The notes under the pieces were generated by a model. The model did not search any database and had not been told where the DNA came from. It saw only the letters and a list, made by a program, of their open reading frames with translations. A stretch of DNA of 64,000 bases from Pristiophorus japonicus (lineage: Eukaryota): the NCBI RefSeq assembly GCF_044704955.1, contig NC_091984.1:143468001-143532000 (forward strand), written 5' to 3'. The stretch's first letter is position 1. Each line of letters opens with the position of its first letter. Positions 25,160 through 39,199 of the stretch are shown in pieces. A program made the position numbers and the translations under genes.

Positions 25160-25620
25160 ATCTTTCATTTATATTATGCCTTTCACAACCACCGGACATC
25201 TCAAAGCACTTTTCAGCCAATGAAGTACTTTTGGAGTGTCGTCACTGTTGTAATGTGGGAAACACGGCAGTCAATCTGCGCACAGCAAGCTCCCACAAAC
25301 AGCGATGTGATAATGACCTGATAATCTGTTCTTTTGTCATGTTGGTTGAGGGATAAATATTGACCAGGGCACCGGGGAGAACTCCCCTGCTCTTCTTCAA
25401 AATAGGGGCATTGGATCTTTTACATCTACCTGAGAGGGCAGACGAGGCCTCAGTTTAAAATTTCATCTGAAAGACGACACCTCCAACAGTGTTGCACTCA
25501 CTCAGCACTGCCCTGCAGTGTCAGCCTCGATTTTTGTGCTCAAGTGCCTGGTATGGGACTTGAACCCACAACATTCTGAATCAGAAGCGAGAGTGCAACG
25601 CATTGAGCCACGGCTGATGC
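25160..25620 (-). mobile_element. tRNA-derived SINE (mirror copy at ~60020-60445, +)
   Basis: B-box-like GGTTCAAGTCCC on minus strand and a body shared with other copies. Confidence 0.75.
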
Positions 25621-25849
25621 TCAAAATCATACTGGGGTGAGGTCAAGGGTGAGGCTACAATTAGCCTCAGTGTACCAGGGTCAGGCAGGGTCACTGCTCC
25701 CAATGATCCCGTGACCTCCTGGAAGGTCAGAGTGCGCAAACAATGGCCGAGGGTCAGGATCAGGGCCCTCCCACTTCAATGAAAGAAAGCCTTGAATTTA
25801 TATCGCGCCTTTCACAACCTCAGGATGTCCCAAGGTGCTTTACAACCAA

Positions 25850-28800
25850 TTGTACACAGGGAGATTTACGAGGATGTTGCCTGGACTGGAAAATGTTAGC
25901 TATGAAGAAAGATTGGATAGGCTTGGGTTGTTTTCTTTGGAATAGAGGAGTCTGAGGGGAGACCTTATTGAGTTGTATAATATTATGAGGGGCCGAGATA
26001 GAGTGGATAGGACGGACCTATTTCCTTAAGCAGATTGGCCAACAACCAGGGCATAGATTTTAAAGTAATTGCTAGGAGGTTTAGAGGGGATTTGAGGGGA
26101 AATATCTTCACCCAGAGGGGGTGGGGGTCTGGAACTCACTGACTGAAAGGGTGGTAGAGGCAGAAACTCTCATCACTTTTAAAAATTACTTGGATGTACA
26201 CTAGAAGTGCTGTAACCTACAGGGCTACGGACCAAGAGCTGAAAAGTATGATTAGGCTGGATAGATCTTTGCCAGCCAGTGCAGACACGAATGGCCTCCT
26301 TTCATGCTGTAAATTTCTCTGATTCTATGAGCTCCCAGACTGCAATGAGATTATGACCAGATCATCGGCTTTAACTATGTTAGTTGTGGGTTAAATATTG
26401 GCCAGGACACTGGGAAGAACCCCCATGCCCTTCCAATAATGATTATGAGATCTTTCATGTTCACTTAAGAGGGCAGATGGGACTTCGGTTTAACGTCTCA
26501 TCTGAAAGACGGCACCTCTGACAGAGGGAAGATATGTTTGAAGGATCATCAAATGAGGCCATATGGTTTAAACTGATGAACAGAAAAGGGACAATCACAC
26601 TGCTGGGAGTGTACTATCGACCCCTAAACAGTCAGAGGGAGATAGAAGAGAAAATATGTCGGCAAATTGCTGAGAAGTGCAAAAACAATCGGGCAGCAAT
26701 AGTCAGGGATTTCAACTCCCCTCACATTAACTGGGATGGAATCATGTCAAAGGTATAGAGGGTGCAGAATTCTTCAAATGCATTTAGGAGAACTTTTACA
26801 GTCAGTACGTAGCAAGCCCAGCAAGGGAGGCGCGGTTCTTGGCTTAGTTTTTGGAAATGAAGCTGGGCAGGTGGAAGGGAGATCAGTGAGAGAGCATTGT
26901 GGTGCTCGTGATTATAATTCAGTTAGATTTAGTGTAGTTATGGAAAAGGACAAAGATAGAGCAGGAATAAAGGTTCTCAATTGGGGAAAGGCCAATTTTA
27001 CTAAGCTGAGAGGTGATTTAGCAAAAGTGGTCTGGAAACAGCTACTTGAAGGTAAATCAGTGTCAGAGCAGTGGGAGGCATTCAAGGGGGAGATAGTGAG
27101 GGTTCAGAGCAAGTATGTTCCCACAAAGGAAAAGGGTGGCACTCCCAAATCTAGAGCCCCCTGGATGTCAAAGGGCATACAGGATAGGTTATGGCAAAAA
27201 AGGGAAGTTTATGTCAAATACCCAGAGCTAAATACTGCAGAAAGCCCAGAGGTGTATAGAAAGTGCAGGGGTGAAATTAAAAAGGAAATTCGAAATACAA
27301 AGAGAGGGCATAAAAAAATACTGGCAAGTAAAATCAAGGAATACTCAAAGATGTTTTATAAATAAAGAGCAAGAGGATAACTAAAGAAAGAGTTGGGCCT
27401 ATTGGAGACCAAAAAGGTACCCTGTGTGTGGAGGCGGAAGACGGGGGAATGGTTCTTAATGAATATTTTGCATCTGTCTTCACAGAAGAGAGGGACGATG
27501 CAGACATTGTAATTAAGGAGGACAAGTGTGAAATATTAGATGAGATAAACATAGTGAGAGAAGAAGTATTAAGGAGCTTAGCATCTTTGATCGTAGAAAA
27601 ATCACCAGGCCCGGATGAAATGTATCCCAGGCTTTTAAGAGAAGCAAGCGGGGATATAGCAGAGGCTCTGACCATCATTTTCCAATCTACTCTGGCTACA
27701 AGTGTGGTGCCAGAGGACTGGAGGACTGCTAATGTGTACCTTTGTTTGAAAAGTGAGAAAGGGATAGACCGAGTAATTACAGGCCAGTCAGCCGAACCTT
27801 GGTGGAGGGAAAATTATTGGAAACAATAATTGTCATATAGAAAGGGACATATTAATCAAGGACAGTCAGCATGGATTTATTCAGGGAAGGTCGTGCCTGA
27901 CTAACTTGATTTAATTTTTTGCGGAGATAATAAGGAGAGTCGATGAGTTTTGCATCTTTGATGTCGTACACATGGACTTTTGCAAGGTTTTTGGTGAGGT
28001 CTCACATGGCAGAAAAGTAAAAAGCCCAGGGATCCAAGGGAAAGTGGCAAGTTGGATCCAAAATTGGCTCAGTGGCAGGAAGCAAAGTGTAATGATCAAC
28101 GGGTGTTTTTGTGACTGGAAGGCTGTTTCATGTGGGGTTTCAAGCCAGGTTTGCTGATAATACAAAGATGGGAGGAAAAGCAATGTGTGATGAGGATACA
28201 AAAAACCTGCAAAAAGACAGACAGGCAAAGTGAGTGGGCAAAAATTTGGCAGATCGAGTATAATGTTGGAAAGTGTGAGGTTATGCACATTGGCAGAAAA
28301 AAATCAAAGAGCAAGTTATTATTCCAATGGAGAAAAATTGCAAAGTGCTGTAGTACAGCGGGACCTGAGGGTACTTGTGCATGAAACACAAAAGGATAGT
28401 ATGCAGGTACAGCAAGTGGTCTGGAAGGCCAATGGAATCTTGGCCATTAATGCAATGGGGATGGAGTATAAAAGCAGGGAAGTCTAGCTACAGTTATACA
28501 GGGTATTGGTGAGGCCATAGCTGGAATACTGCGTGCAGTTTTGGCTTCAATATTTAAGAAAGGATAGACTTGCTTTGGAGGCAGTTCAGAGAAGGTTCAC
28601 TAGGTTGATTCCAGAGATGAGGGGAGTTGTCTTTTGAAGAAAAGTTGAGTAGGTTGGGCTTCGACTCATTGGAATTCAGAAGAATAAGAGGTGATCTTAT
28701 CAAAACATGTAAGATTATGAGGGGCCATGCAAGGTGGATGCAGAGAGGATGTTTCCACTGATAAGGGAGACTAGAACTAGGGGGCTTAATCTTAGAATAA

Positions 28801-30700
28801 GTGGCCGCCCATTTAAAACTGAGATGAGGAGGAATTTCTTCTCTCAGAATCTTTAACCTCTAAGTATTCTCTAATCTTTGGATTACTCCCGGTGCCGCGA
28901 GCTAGTGAATACAGAAACAGGAGGATAGAGCAGATGAATGTGTGACGGGAGAGATGGTGCAGGCGGGATGCATTAGGTTCCTGAGGCATTGGGACCGCTT
29001 CTGGGGGAGGTGGGACCTGTACAAGCCGACCGGGTTGCTCCTCAACAGAGCCGGGACCAATAGCCACGAGTGGGGCATTTGCTCGTGCTGTTGGGGAGGG
29101 TTTAAACTAGCTTGGCAGGGGGATGGGAACCGGAGAATAGATTCAGTAGGGAGGGAAGTAAAGCTGGAATTAGAAAGCAAAAATAAAGAAAGTGAGTTTG
29201 AAGGAGAGAGGAAACAAGCAGATAAAAAGGGTAAAAAAACAAATTTAAAGGCTCTTTGCCTAAATAACAAAATAGCTGAGTTGATGGCACAAATAGATAC
29301 AAATGAATATGATCTGATAGCCATTACAGAGACGTGGTTGCAAGGTGACCAGGACTGAGAACTAAATACTCAGGAGTCCTTGACAATCCGGAAAGGACAG
29401 ACAGAAAGGTAAAGTAGGTGGGGTAGCTCTGTTGACAAAGGATGGAATTACTGCAATAGTGAGAAATTATATTGGCTCAAATGATCAGGATGTTGAAACT
29501 GTTTGGGAGGAGATAAGGAATAATAAGGGGAAAAAGTCACTGGTGGGCATAGTCTATAGGTCCCCTAACAGTAGCAACTCTGTTGGTCGGAGTATAAACC
29601 AAGAAATAGTGGGGGCCTGTAAAAATGGAACAGCAATAATTATGGGTGATTTTAACCTCCACATTGATTGGATAAATCAAATTGGTCAGGGTAGTCTTGA
29701 GGAAGAGTTCATAGAGTACATAAGGGACGGGTTCCTTGAGCAGTCTGTAATGGAACCAACCAGGGGGCAGGCTATCTTAAATCTGGTCCTGTGTAATGAG
29801 ACAGGATTAGTAAACAATCTCCCAGTAAAGGATCCCCTTGGACTGAGTGATGATAACATGGTTCAATTTCAAATTCAGATGGAGGGTGAGAAAGATGGAT
29901 CTCTAACCAGCGTACTAAGCTTAAATAAAGGAGACTACAAAGGTATAAGTGCAGAGTTGGCTAAAATGGACTGGGAAAATAGATTAAAGTGTAGGACAGC
30001 TGATGAACAGTGGCGTACATATGAAGGAGATATTTCACAACTCTCAAGAAAAATATATTCTAGTGAGGAGGAAAGGGTGCAAAAGAAAAGATAGCCATCC
30101 GTGGCTAACTAAAGAAATAAACAACGGTATCCAATTAAAAACAAGGGCATACAAAGTGGCCAAAACTAGTGGAAGGACAGAAGATTGGGAAGCTTTTAAA
30201 AGCCAACAAAGAATGACTAAAAAAATGATTAAGAAGGGGAAGATAGACGATGAAAGTAAACGAGCACAAAATATAAAAACAGATAGCAAGAGTTTCTATC
30301 GGTATATAAAAAGGAAAAGAGTGGCTAAAGTAAATGATGGTCCCTGAGAGGACAAAACCAGGGAATTAGTGATGAGGAACATGGAGATGGCAGAAACTCT
30401 GAACAAAGATTTTGTATCAGTCTTTACGGTAGAGGACACTGAGATGAGGAGGAATGTTTTCTCTCAGAGGGTTGTAAATCTGTGGAATTTGCTGCCTCAG
30501 AGAGCTGTGGAGGCTGGGTCATTGAATATATTTAAGACAGAGATGGACAGTTTCATAACTGATAAGGGAATAAGGGGTTATGGGGAGCGGGCAGGGAAGT
30601 TGACCTGAGTCCATGATCGGATTGGCCATGATCGTATTAAATGGTGGAGCAGGCTCGAGGGGCTGTGTGGCCTACTCCTGCTCCTATTTCGTATGTTCTT
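25850..30700 (+). mobile_element. Mosaic of CR1 fragments
   Basis: Endonuclease (GVYYRP, GDFN) and RT fragments with several junctions. Confidence 0.85.
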
Positions 30701-30779
30701 AAAATGAGGAGGAGTGGGACTAATTGGGTAAATCTTTCAAAGAGCCGGCACAGGCACGATGGGCCGAATGGCCTCCTTC

Positions 30780-31040
30780 TGTGCTGTAAGATTCTAGTCT
30801 GTGAGCGCGGTTCACAGTTTTCTCCCACGTCATTAACAAACGTACAGCTGTGACAACCTCTCTCTTTCACTTCCTCTGTGGGTGAAGTTTAATTCTTCCG
30901 ATCTGACAATCTCTTCAGTTATTTTTTGCACGGGGGATTTCTGCTGTGGTCTGAGTCTCTAATAATAACGGTCCAATCAGGCAGAATAACAGCAGCTCGG
31001 ACCGGCTAGGACAGCGGACCCAGGCTCAGTGCTGACCCTG
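30780..31040 (-). promoter_or_regulatory. Candidate B-cell enhancer, copy A
   Basis: CAGCTG 30845-30850; EICE tttcacttcctc 30865-30876; GGGGATTTCT 30933-30942; TGTGGT 30945-30950; CTAATAATAA 30959-30968; CCAAT ~30973. Confidence 0.5.
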
Positions 31041-31259
31041 CAACGTCCTCCTCACCAACATCTGGGGACTTGTGCCAAAAGTGGGAGAGCTGCCCCACAG
31101 ACTAGTCAAGCACCAGCCTGACATTGTCCTACTCACAGAATCAGAGCTTTCAGCCAATGTCCTACTGCACCCCCACCACTGACCTTCCTGCCCCCGAAAT
31201 CCGTGAATCCTTAAACAGGAACCCGTTTGAAGAACAGTTTGTATTGAAGTTCTGGGTGT

Positions 31260-34200
31260 GAAAGAGTCTTTGCTGAGAAAACAATCACTATCACGAGAGA
31301 AAAAGTTACTCGGTAAAATAATGGAACTAAAGGTGCACAAGTCCCCTGTACCTGATGGCCTGCATCCTAGGCTCTTAAATGAAGTGGCTGCAGAGATAGT
31401 GGATGCATTGGTTGAAATGCATCAGAGGGTCTAGTGAGGAGGAGGAACTGAAGGATATCCTTGTTCGGCGGGAAATTGTGTAAGTGAAATTGATGGGATT
31501 GAAGGCCGATAAATCCCCGGGGCCTGATAGTCTGCATCCCAGAGTACTTAAGGATGTGGCCCTAGAAATAGCGGATGCATTTGTGATAATTTTCCAACAG
31601 TCTACTGACTCTGGATCAGTTCCTTTGGACTGGAGGGTAGCTAATGCAACACCACTTTTTAAAAAAGGAGGGAGAGAGAAAGTGGATAATTATGGACCGG
31701 TTAGCCTGACATCAGTACTGCGGAAAATGTTGGAATCAATTATTAAGGATGAAATAGCAGCGCAATTGGAAAGCAGTGACAGGATTGGTCCAAGTCAGCA
31801 TGGATTTATAAAGGGGAAATCATGCTTGACAAATCTTCTGGAATGTTTTGAGGATGTAACTGGGAGAGTAGACAAGGGAGAACCAGTGGATGTGGTGTAT
31901 TTGGACTTTCAAAAGGCTTTTGACTAGATCCCACACAGGAGATTGGTGTGCAAAATCAAAGCACTTGGTATTGGGGGTAATATACTGACGCGGATAGAGA
32001 ACTGGTTGGCAGACAGGAAGCAGAGAGTCGGGATAAATTGGTCCTTTTCAGAATGGCAGGCAGTGACTAGTGGAGTGCCACAGGGCTCAGTGCTGGAACC
32101 CCAGCTCTTTACAATATACGTCAATGATTTGGATGAAGGAATCGAGTGTAATATCTCCAAGTTTGCAGATGACACTAAACTGGGTGGCAGTGTGAGCTGT
32201 GAGAGGGACGCTAGGAGGCTGCAGGGTGAATTGGACAGGTTAGGTGAGTGGGCAAATGCATGGCAGATGCAGTATAATGTGGATAAATGTGAGGTTATCC
32301 ACTTTGGGGGTAAAAATGCGAAGACAGAATATTATCTGAATGGTGGCAGATTCGGAAAAGGGGAGGTGCAATGAGACCTGGGTGTCATGGTTCATCAGTC
32401 ATTGAAAGTTGGCACACAGGTACAGCAGGCGGTGAGGAAGGCAAATGGTATGTTGGCCTTCATTGCTAGGCGATTTGAGTACAGGAGCAGGGAGGCCTTA
32501 CTGCAGTTGTACAGGGCCTTAGTGAGGCCTCACCTGGAATATTGTGTTCAGTTTTGGTCTCCTAATCTGAGGAAGGACGTTCTTGCTATTGAGGGAGTGC
32601 AGCGAAGGTTCATCAGACTGATTCCCGGGATGGCTGGACTGACATATGAGGAGAGACTGGATCAACTGGGCCTGTATTCACTGGAGTTTAGAAGGATGAG
32701 ATGGGATCTCATAGAAACATATAAAATTCTGACGAGACTGGACAGGTTAGATGTGGGTAGAATGTTCCCGATGTTGGGGAAGTCCAGAACCAGGGGACAC
32801 AGTCTTAGGATACGGGGTAGGCCATTTAGGACTGCGATGAGGAGAAACTTCTTCAATCAGAGAGTTGTTAACCTGTGGAATTCCCTGCCGCAGAGATTTG
32901 TTGATGCCAGTTCATTAGGTATATTCAAGAGGGAGTTAGATATGGCCCTTACTGCTAAGGGGATCAAGGGATATGGAGAGAAAGCAGGAAAGGGGTACTA
33001 AGGGAATGATCAGCCATGATCTTATTGAATGGTGGTGCAGGCTCGAAGGGCCGAATGGCCTACTCCTGCACCTATTTTCTATGTTTCTATGTAAATCTAC
33101 CAAAGTTCCCTGGATTCTAGAGATGTCCCAGCAGATTGGAAAACTGCAAATATAACGACCCTATTTAAAAAAGGAAGGAGACAGAAAACAGTAAACTATA
33201 GACCAGTTAGCCTAACATCTGTCGTTGGGAAAATGCTGGTGTCCATTATTAAGAAAGCAGTAATAGGACATTTGGAAAAGCATAATTCAGTCAAGCAGAG
33301 TCAGCATGGACTTATGAAAGGGAAATCATGTTTGACACATTTGCTGGAGTTCTTTGAGGAAGTAATGTGCAGGATGGATATGGGGGAACAAGTGGATACG
33401 GTGTATTTGGATTTCCAGAAGGGATTCAATAAGGTGCCACATAAAAGAATACCGCACACGATAAGAGAACACGGGGTTGGTGCTAATACATTAGCATGGT
33501 TCGAGGATTGGCTAACTAACAGAAAACAGAGAGTCAAGATAAATGGGTCATTTTCTGGTCGGCAACCAGTAACTAGTGGGGTTTCACAGGGATCGGTGTT
33601 GGGGCCTCACCTATTTACAATCTATATTAATAACTTGAATGAAAGGACTGAGTGTAAAAAATCGAAGAGCAAATTATTATTTAAATGGAGAAAGATTACA
33701 AAATGCTGTCGGACAGAGGGACCTGGGGGCCCTTGTGCATGAGACACAAAAAGTTAGTATGCAGATACAGCAAGTAATCAGGAAGCAAATGGAATGTTGG
33801 CCTTAATTGCAAGGGGGATGGAGTATAAAAGCAGGGAAGTCCTGCTACATCTGTACAGGGTATTGGTGAGACCACACCGAGAATATTGTGTACAGTTTTG
33901 GTCTCCTTATGTAAGGAGGGATATATTTGCACTGGAGGCAGTTCAGAGAAGGTTCACAAGGTTGATTCCTGAGATGAAGGGGCTGACTTATGAAGAAAGA
34001 TTGAGCAGGTTAATCAGAACATAAGAAATAGGAACAGGAGTAGGACATACGGCCCCTCCGCCATTCAATAAGGTCATGGCTGATCTGATCATGGACTCAG
34101 CTCAACTTCCACGCTCGCTCCACATATTCTTGTAAACTCCAAAGAGTATGAGAGGTGAACTTATTGAAACATATAAGATTCTGAGGGGATTCGACAAGAT

Positions 34201-37200
34201 AGATGCAGTGAGGATGTTTCCACTCATAGGGGAACCAAGAACGAGCGGGCAGAGTTTAAGTATAAGGGGTCGGTCATTTGGAACTGAGATGAGGAGGAAT
34301 TTCTTCTCTCAGAGGGTTGTAAATCTGTGCAATTCTCTGCCCCAGAGAGCTGTGGAGGCTGGGTCAGTGAATATATTGAAGGTGGAGATAGAAAGATTTT
34401 TGAACGATAAGGCAGTAAAGGGTTCTGGGTAGCAGGCAGGGAAGTGGAGCTGAGCCCATTATCAGATCAGCCATGATCTTATTGAATGGCGGAGCAGGCT
34501 CGAGGGGCCAAATGGCCTAATCCTGCTCCTATTTCTTATGTTCTGATGATTCTTTGGCCTAGAATTTCCCTGGTCCAGCACCAGCTAATAAGAGGGTTTT
34601 GTTCAAATAATTGGTTCAAAGGCAGGAAGCAAAGGGTAATAGTTAACGAGTGTTTTTGTGACTGGAAGGCTGTTTCCAGTGGGGTTCCGCAGGTCTCAGT
34701 ACTAGGTCCCTTGCTTTTTGTGGTATATATCAATGACTTGGACTTGAATGTAAGGGGCATGATCAAGAATTTTGCAATTGAAACTAAAATTGGCCGTGTG
34801 GTTGATAATGAAGAAGAAAGCTGTAGACTGCAGGAAGATATCAATTAAATGGTCAGGTGGGCAGAACAGGGCAAATGGAATTCAATCCGGAGTAGTGTGA
34901 GGTAATGCATTTGGGGAGGGCTAACAAGGCAAGGGAATACACATTAACTGGTACGACACTGAAAAGTGCAGAGAAACAAAGGGACCTTGGAGTACAGGTC
35001 CACAGATCCCTGATGGTAGCAGGTCAGGAAGGTAAGATGGTTAAGAAAGCATGTGGAATACTTGCCTTTATTCGACGAGGCATGAATACAAGAGCAAGGA
35101 CATTATGCTTAAACTGTATAAAACACTGGTTAGGCCACAGCAGGAGTACTTTCGTGCATTTCTGGTCACTACATTACATTACATTACAAGAAAGATGTGA
35201 TTGCACTGGAAAGGGTGCAGAGGATGCAGAGGTTACAGGGCTACGGACAGAGAGCTGGAAAGTGGGATGAGGCTGGATAGCTCTTGATCAGCCGGTGCAG
35301 ACACGGTGGGCCGAAACGGATTCCCTCCGTGCTGTGAATTTCTATCATGGACAGATGCATCTACAACAGGCAGATTGTTGAGGACGAGGTCAAGTAGGTT
35401 TTTCCCTCGTGTTGGTTCTCTCCCCATCTGCTCTGGGCCCAGTCTGGCAGATATGTCATAGAATCATAGAATCACAGAGGTTTACAGCACAGAAGGAGGC
35501 CATTTCAGACCATCATATCCGCGCCACCCAACAAAGAGCTATCCAGCCTAATCCCACTTTCCAGCTCTGGGTCCATAGCCCTGCAGGTTACAGAACTTCA
35601 AGTGCACATCCAAGTACTTTTTAAATGTGGTGAGGGTTTCTGCCTCTACTAATGAAGGACCTAATATTCCAGGTCCTGACCTACATCCTGAAGGGTGGAG
35701 GATGCTTGTGCGTGGATTTTTTTTAACATGTGGTGACCATTGCACACCAGCCTTCACACGGGCTCGACAGAGCTAGGTCTTGGTCCAGTGGCAAGGGTTA
35801 ACCAGGACGACTGGAGACCTGCTCTGCTGTACGGACCGAGTGTGCACACATATCACAGTGTGGGCTGGCCCGTGCTACCCCTGGGCCCCTGGCCACACCC
35901 CCACGACACTCTGGGTGAAGAAATTTCCCCTCAAGTCCCCTCCAATCACTTTAAATCTATGCCCCCTGATTGTTGAGCTGGAGGAGGAAATTCAGAAACT
36001 CCAACCCTGAGTTCAAGCACAGACCATTGCTTCTTTGAGTATGAATTGAAGCATAATTAAAGTTACATGCTCTGTTGAAGATTTTGTTCATGGGAAAAAA
36101 ACTTATTTTATTGTAGGAGAGAGCAATTTCAGGTAATATTTGTGTGTCTGGCTAACAGAAATAGGTCCATCCTACCAATTCTTTCCAGGCCCCTCATAAT
36201 TTTGTACACCTCAATCAGGTCTCCCCTCAGCCTCCTCTGTCCAAAGAAAACAAACCCAGCCTATCCCATCGTTCCTCATAGTTAAAATTCTCCAGTCCAG
36301 GCAACATCCTCATATATCCTCTCCACCCTCGGTTTAACGTCCCATCCGAAGAAATCGTACTGTTAATGAAACACTGAAGGCAAGAACTTTGAAGTGGTGG
36401 GAATACTCAATGTATCAAGACAGGAACATTGTAAACATTGATTGTGACATCATGCACTCACAATCTCCCCATAGTATGCACAATGTGAGCACCAGACCCG
36501 AGGACAGAACCCAAGGAGATGTGCCCAGCACCAATCCAGGACAATGATCAATGTAAAGCCAAAGCTGAATGTTATCAGGGCTGCTTTGCCGATGATTGCC
36601 CTGTGATCGCGGGCACCAGCAGCACACACACCTCTTGTGGGTACAGTCGTGTTGTGGTTATGTTGCTGCAGAGCACTCCACAGGCCTGCAATAATAATCC
36701 CCACAATCTCACCATGGCCCTTTGACTATTTCAATTCAGCTCTTTTTTAAATTCTGGAAATAAAAAGCTGGACTCAGTAAAAGTGACCACAAAGCTGTCA
36801 AATTGTCACAAAAGCCCAATTGGTTCACTGACATCCTTTAGGGAAGGAAACCTGCCGTCCTTGCCACATAAAAGGTTGCTGCCCAAGATAAGAGCTCACG
36901 GGGTTGGGGGTAATATATTAGCATGGATAGAGGATTGGCTAACTAACAGCAAACAGAGAGTCAGGATAAATGGGTCATTTTCAGGTCGGCAAATTGTAAT
37001 AAGTGGGGTGCCGCAGGGATCAGTGCTGGGGCCTCAACTATTTACAACCTATATTAATGACTTGAATGAAGGGACCGAGTGTAATGTAACCAAATTTGCT
37101 GATGTACAAAGATAGGTGAGAAAGCAAGTTGTGAGGAAGGCACAAAGATTCTGCAAATGGATATAGACAGGCTGAGTGAGTGGACAAAGATTTGGCAGAT

Positions 37201-37880
37201 GGAGTATAATGTTGGAAAATGTGAATTTATCCACTTTGGTAGGAAAAATAATTATTATTTAAATGGGGAAAGATTACAAAATGCTGTGGTACAGTTCATT
37301 GATATCTTCCTGCAGTCTACAGCTTTCTTCTTCATTATCAACCATAGCCGAGTTTAGTATCATCTGCAAACTTAGTATCATCTGTAATCATTCTCCCTAC
37401 ATTCAAGTCTAAATCATTGATATATACCACAAAAAGCCAGGGACCCAGCACTGATCCCTGCCGAGCCCCACTGGAAACAGCCTGCCAGTCACAAAAACAC
37501 CCATCAACCATTACCCTCTGCTTCCTGCCTCTGAACCAATTTTGGATCCAACTTGTCACTTTGTCCTGGATCCCATGGGCTTTTACTTTTGTGACCAGTC
37601 TGCTGTGTGGGACCTTCTCAAAAGCCTTGTTAAAATCCAAATACACTGCATCATATGCACTGCCCTCATCGACCCTCCTGGTTATCTCCTCAAAAAATTC
37701 AATCAAGTTATTCAGACACGACCTTCCCTTAACAAATCCATGCTGACTATCCTTGATTAATCCGTGTTTTGTTAAATGAAGATTCCTCCTATCCCGCCCC
37801 CGAGGTTAGGCTGACTGACCTGTAGTGACTCGATCTATCCCTTGCTCCCTTTTTAAACAAAGGTACCACGTTTGCAGTCC
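31260..37880. mobile_element. CR1-dominated mosaic, including a long RT-to-3'-tail copy at ~31420-33090 (+)
   Basis: ORFs 31484..33001, 33233..34848, 36783..37706 are CR1 RT pieces. Confidence 0.85.
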
Positions 37881-38329
37881 TCCAGTCCTCCGGTACCTGG
37901 GATTGCAATGTCAGCATCGCCCCTCTCGGCCAGCTCGGTCAGTAATGGTGCTACCGAGACACTCTTGGTGATGGACAGTGAAGTCCCCCACCCAGAGTAC
38001 ATTCTGTACCCTTGCTACTCTGCGTGCTTCTTCCAAGTGGTGTTCAACATGGAGGAGTACTAATTCATCAGCTGGGGGAGGGCGGGAGGTGGTAATCAGC
38101 AGGAGGTTTCATTGACCTGATGCCATGAGACTTCATGGGGTCCGGAGTCAATGTTGAGGACTCCCAGGGCCACTCCCTCCCGACTGTATACCACTGAGCC
38201 GCCACCTCGGGTGATGGAGGAATCTGGGACATTGGCTGAAAGGTCTGATTCTGTGAGTAGGACAATGTCAGGCTGGTGCTTGACTAGTCTGTGGGGCAGC
38301 TCTCTCACTTTTGACACTTTTGGTGAGGC

Positions 38330-38590
38330 GGACGTTGCAGGGTCAGCACTGAGCCTGGGTCCACTGTCCGAGCCGGTCCGAGCTGCTGTTATTCTGCCTG
38401 ATTGGGCGGTTATTATTAGAGACTCAGACCACAGCAGAAATCCCCCGTGCAAAAAATAACTGAAGAGACTGACAGATCGGAAGAATGAAACTTCAGCCAC
38501 AGAGGAAGTGAAAGAGGGAGGTTGTCACAGCTGTACGTTTATTAGTGACACAGGAGAAAACTGCGAACTGCGCTCACAGCCTAGAATCTT
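38330..38590 (+). promoter_or_regulatory. Candidate B-cell enhancer, copy B (inverted duplicate of copy A)
   Basis: ttattattag 38410-38419; accaca 38428-38433; agaaatcccc 38436-38445; GAGGAAGTGAAA 38502-38513; CAGCTG 38528-38533. Confidence 0.5.
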
Positions 38591-39199
38591 ACAGCACAGA
38601 AGGAGGCCATTCGGCCCATCGTGCCTGTGCTGGCTCTTTGACAGAATTACCCAATTAGTCCCACCCCCCCTCTATTTCCCCGTAACCCAGCAAATTGTTC
38701 CTTTTCAAGTATATATCCAATTCCCTCTTGCAGACCTGGGCCCACAGCATTAGATTGCCCCTAACCTGGGCACCACATTGGCATCTCATTCATTCACTGG
38801 GACAGGAAATGCCTGGTGTGGGAAATGGAGTCCAGGGCTCTGAACATTCCCTCTCCTCTCCTGAGGAAGTCTTCATGCTGGGGTCCAGTTCCATGGGCCC
38901 CGACAGCACATTCCGACCTCACCTACTTCCTCATTCCACGTGTGTAAGCCTGGACCCTATCACCAGGATATCTGACTGCAGGAGGCCTCACCACTGTGTC
39001 CAGCACTGTCCTCACCCGAAATCCACACACAGTCTGCATTGATCTGGGGCCTTTAACGTGCCAAAGGTCACAAGACACTTATCATCGCTGTTGTAAGAAC
39101 GTGGGGAACGGGGGTTCGGGGGGCTTTAGGAAGGGTGATTGAAGGCCTGGGTGCAAGGATGGCGTTAGCTGGAGGAGAGAGAGCTGGAGAGGGGGAGGG

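Larger units (their letters stand above)
22330..28140 (-). repeat. Left arm of large inverted duplication (mirror of ~57190-62105)
   Basis: Colinear reverse-complement match through 3' flank, C exon, intron, SINE and CR1 junctions. Confidence 0.93.
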
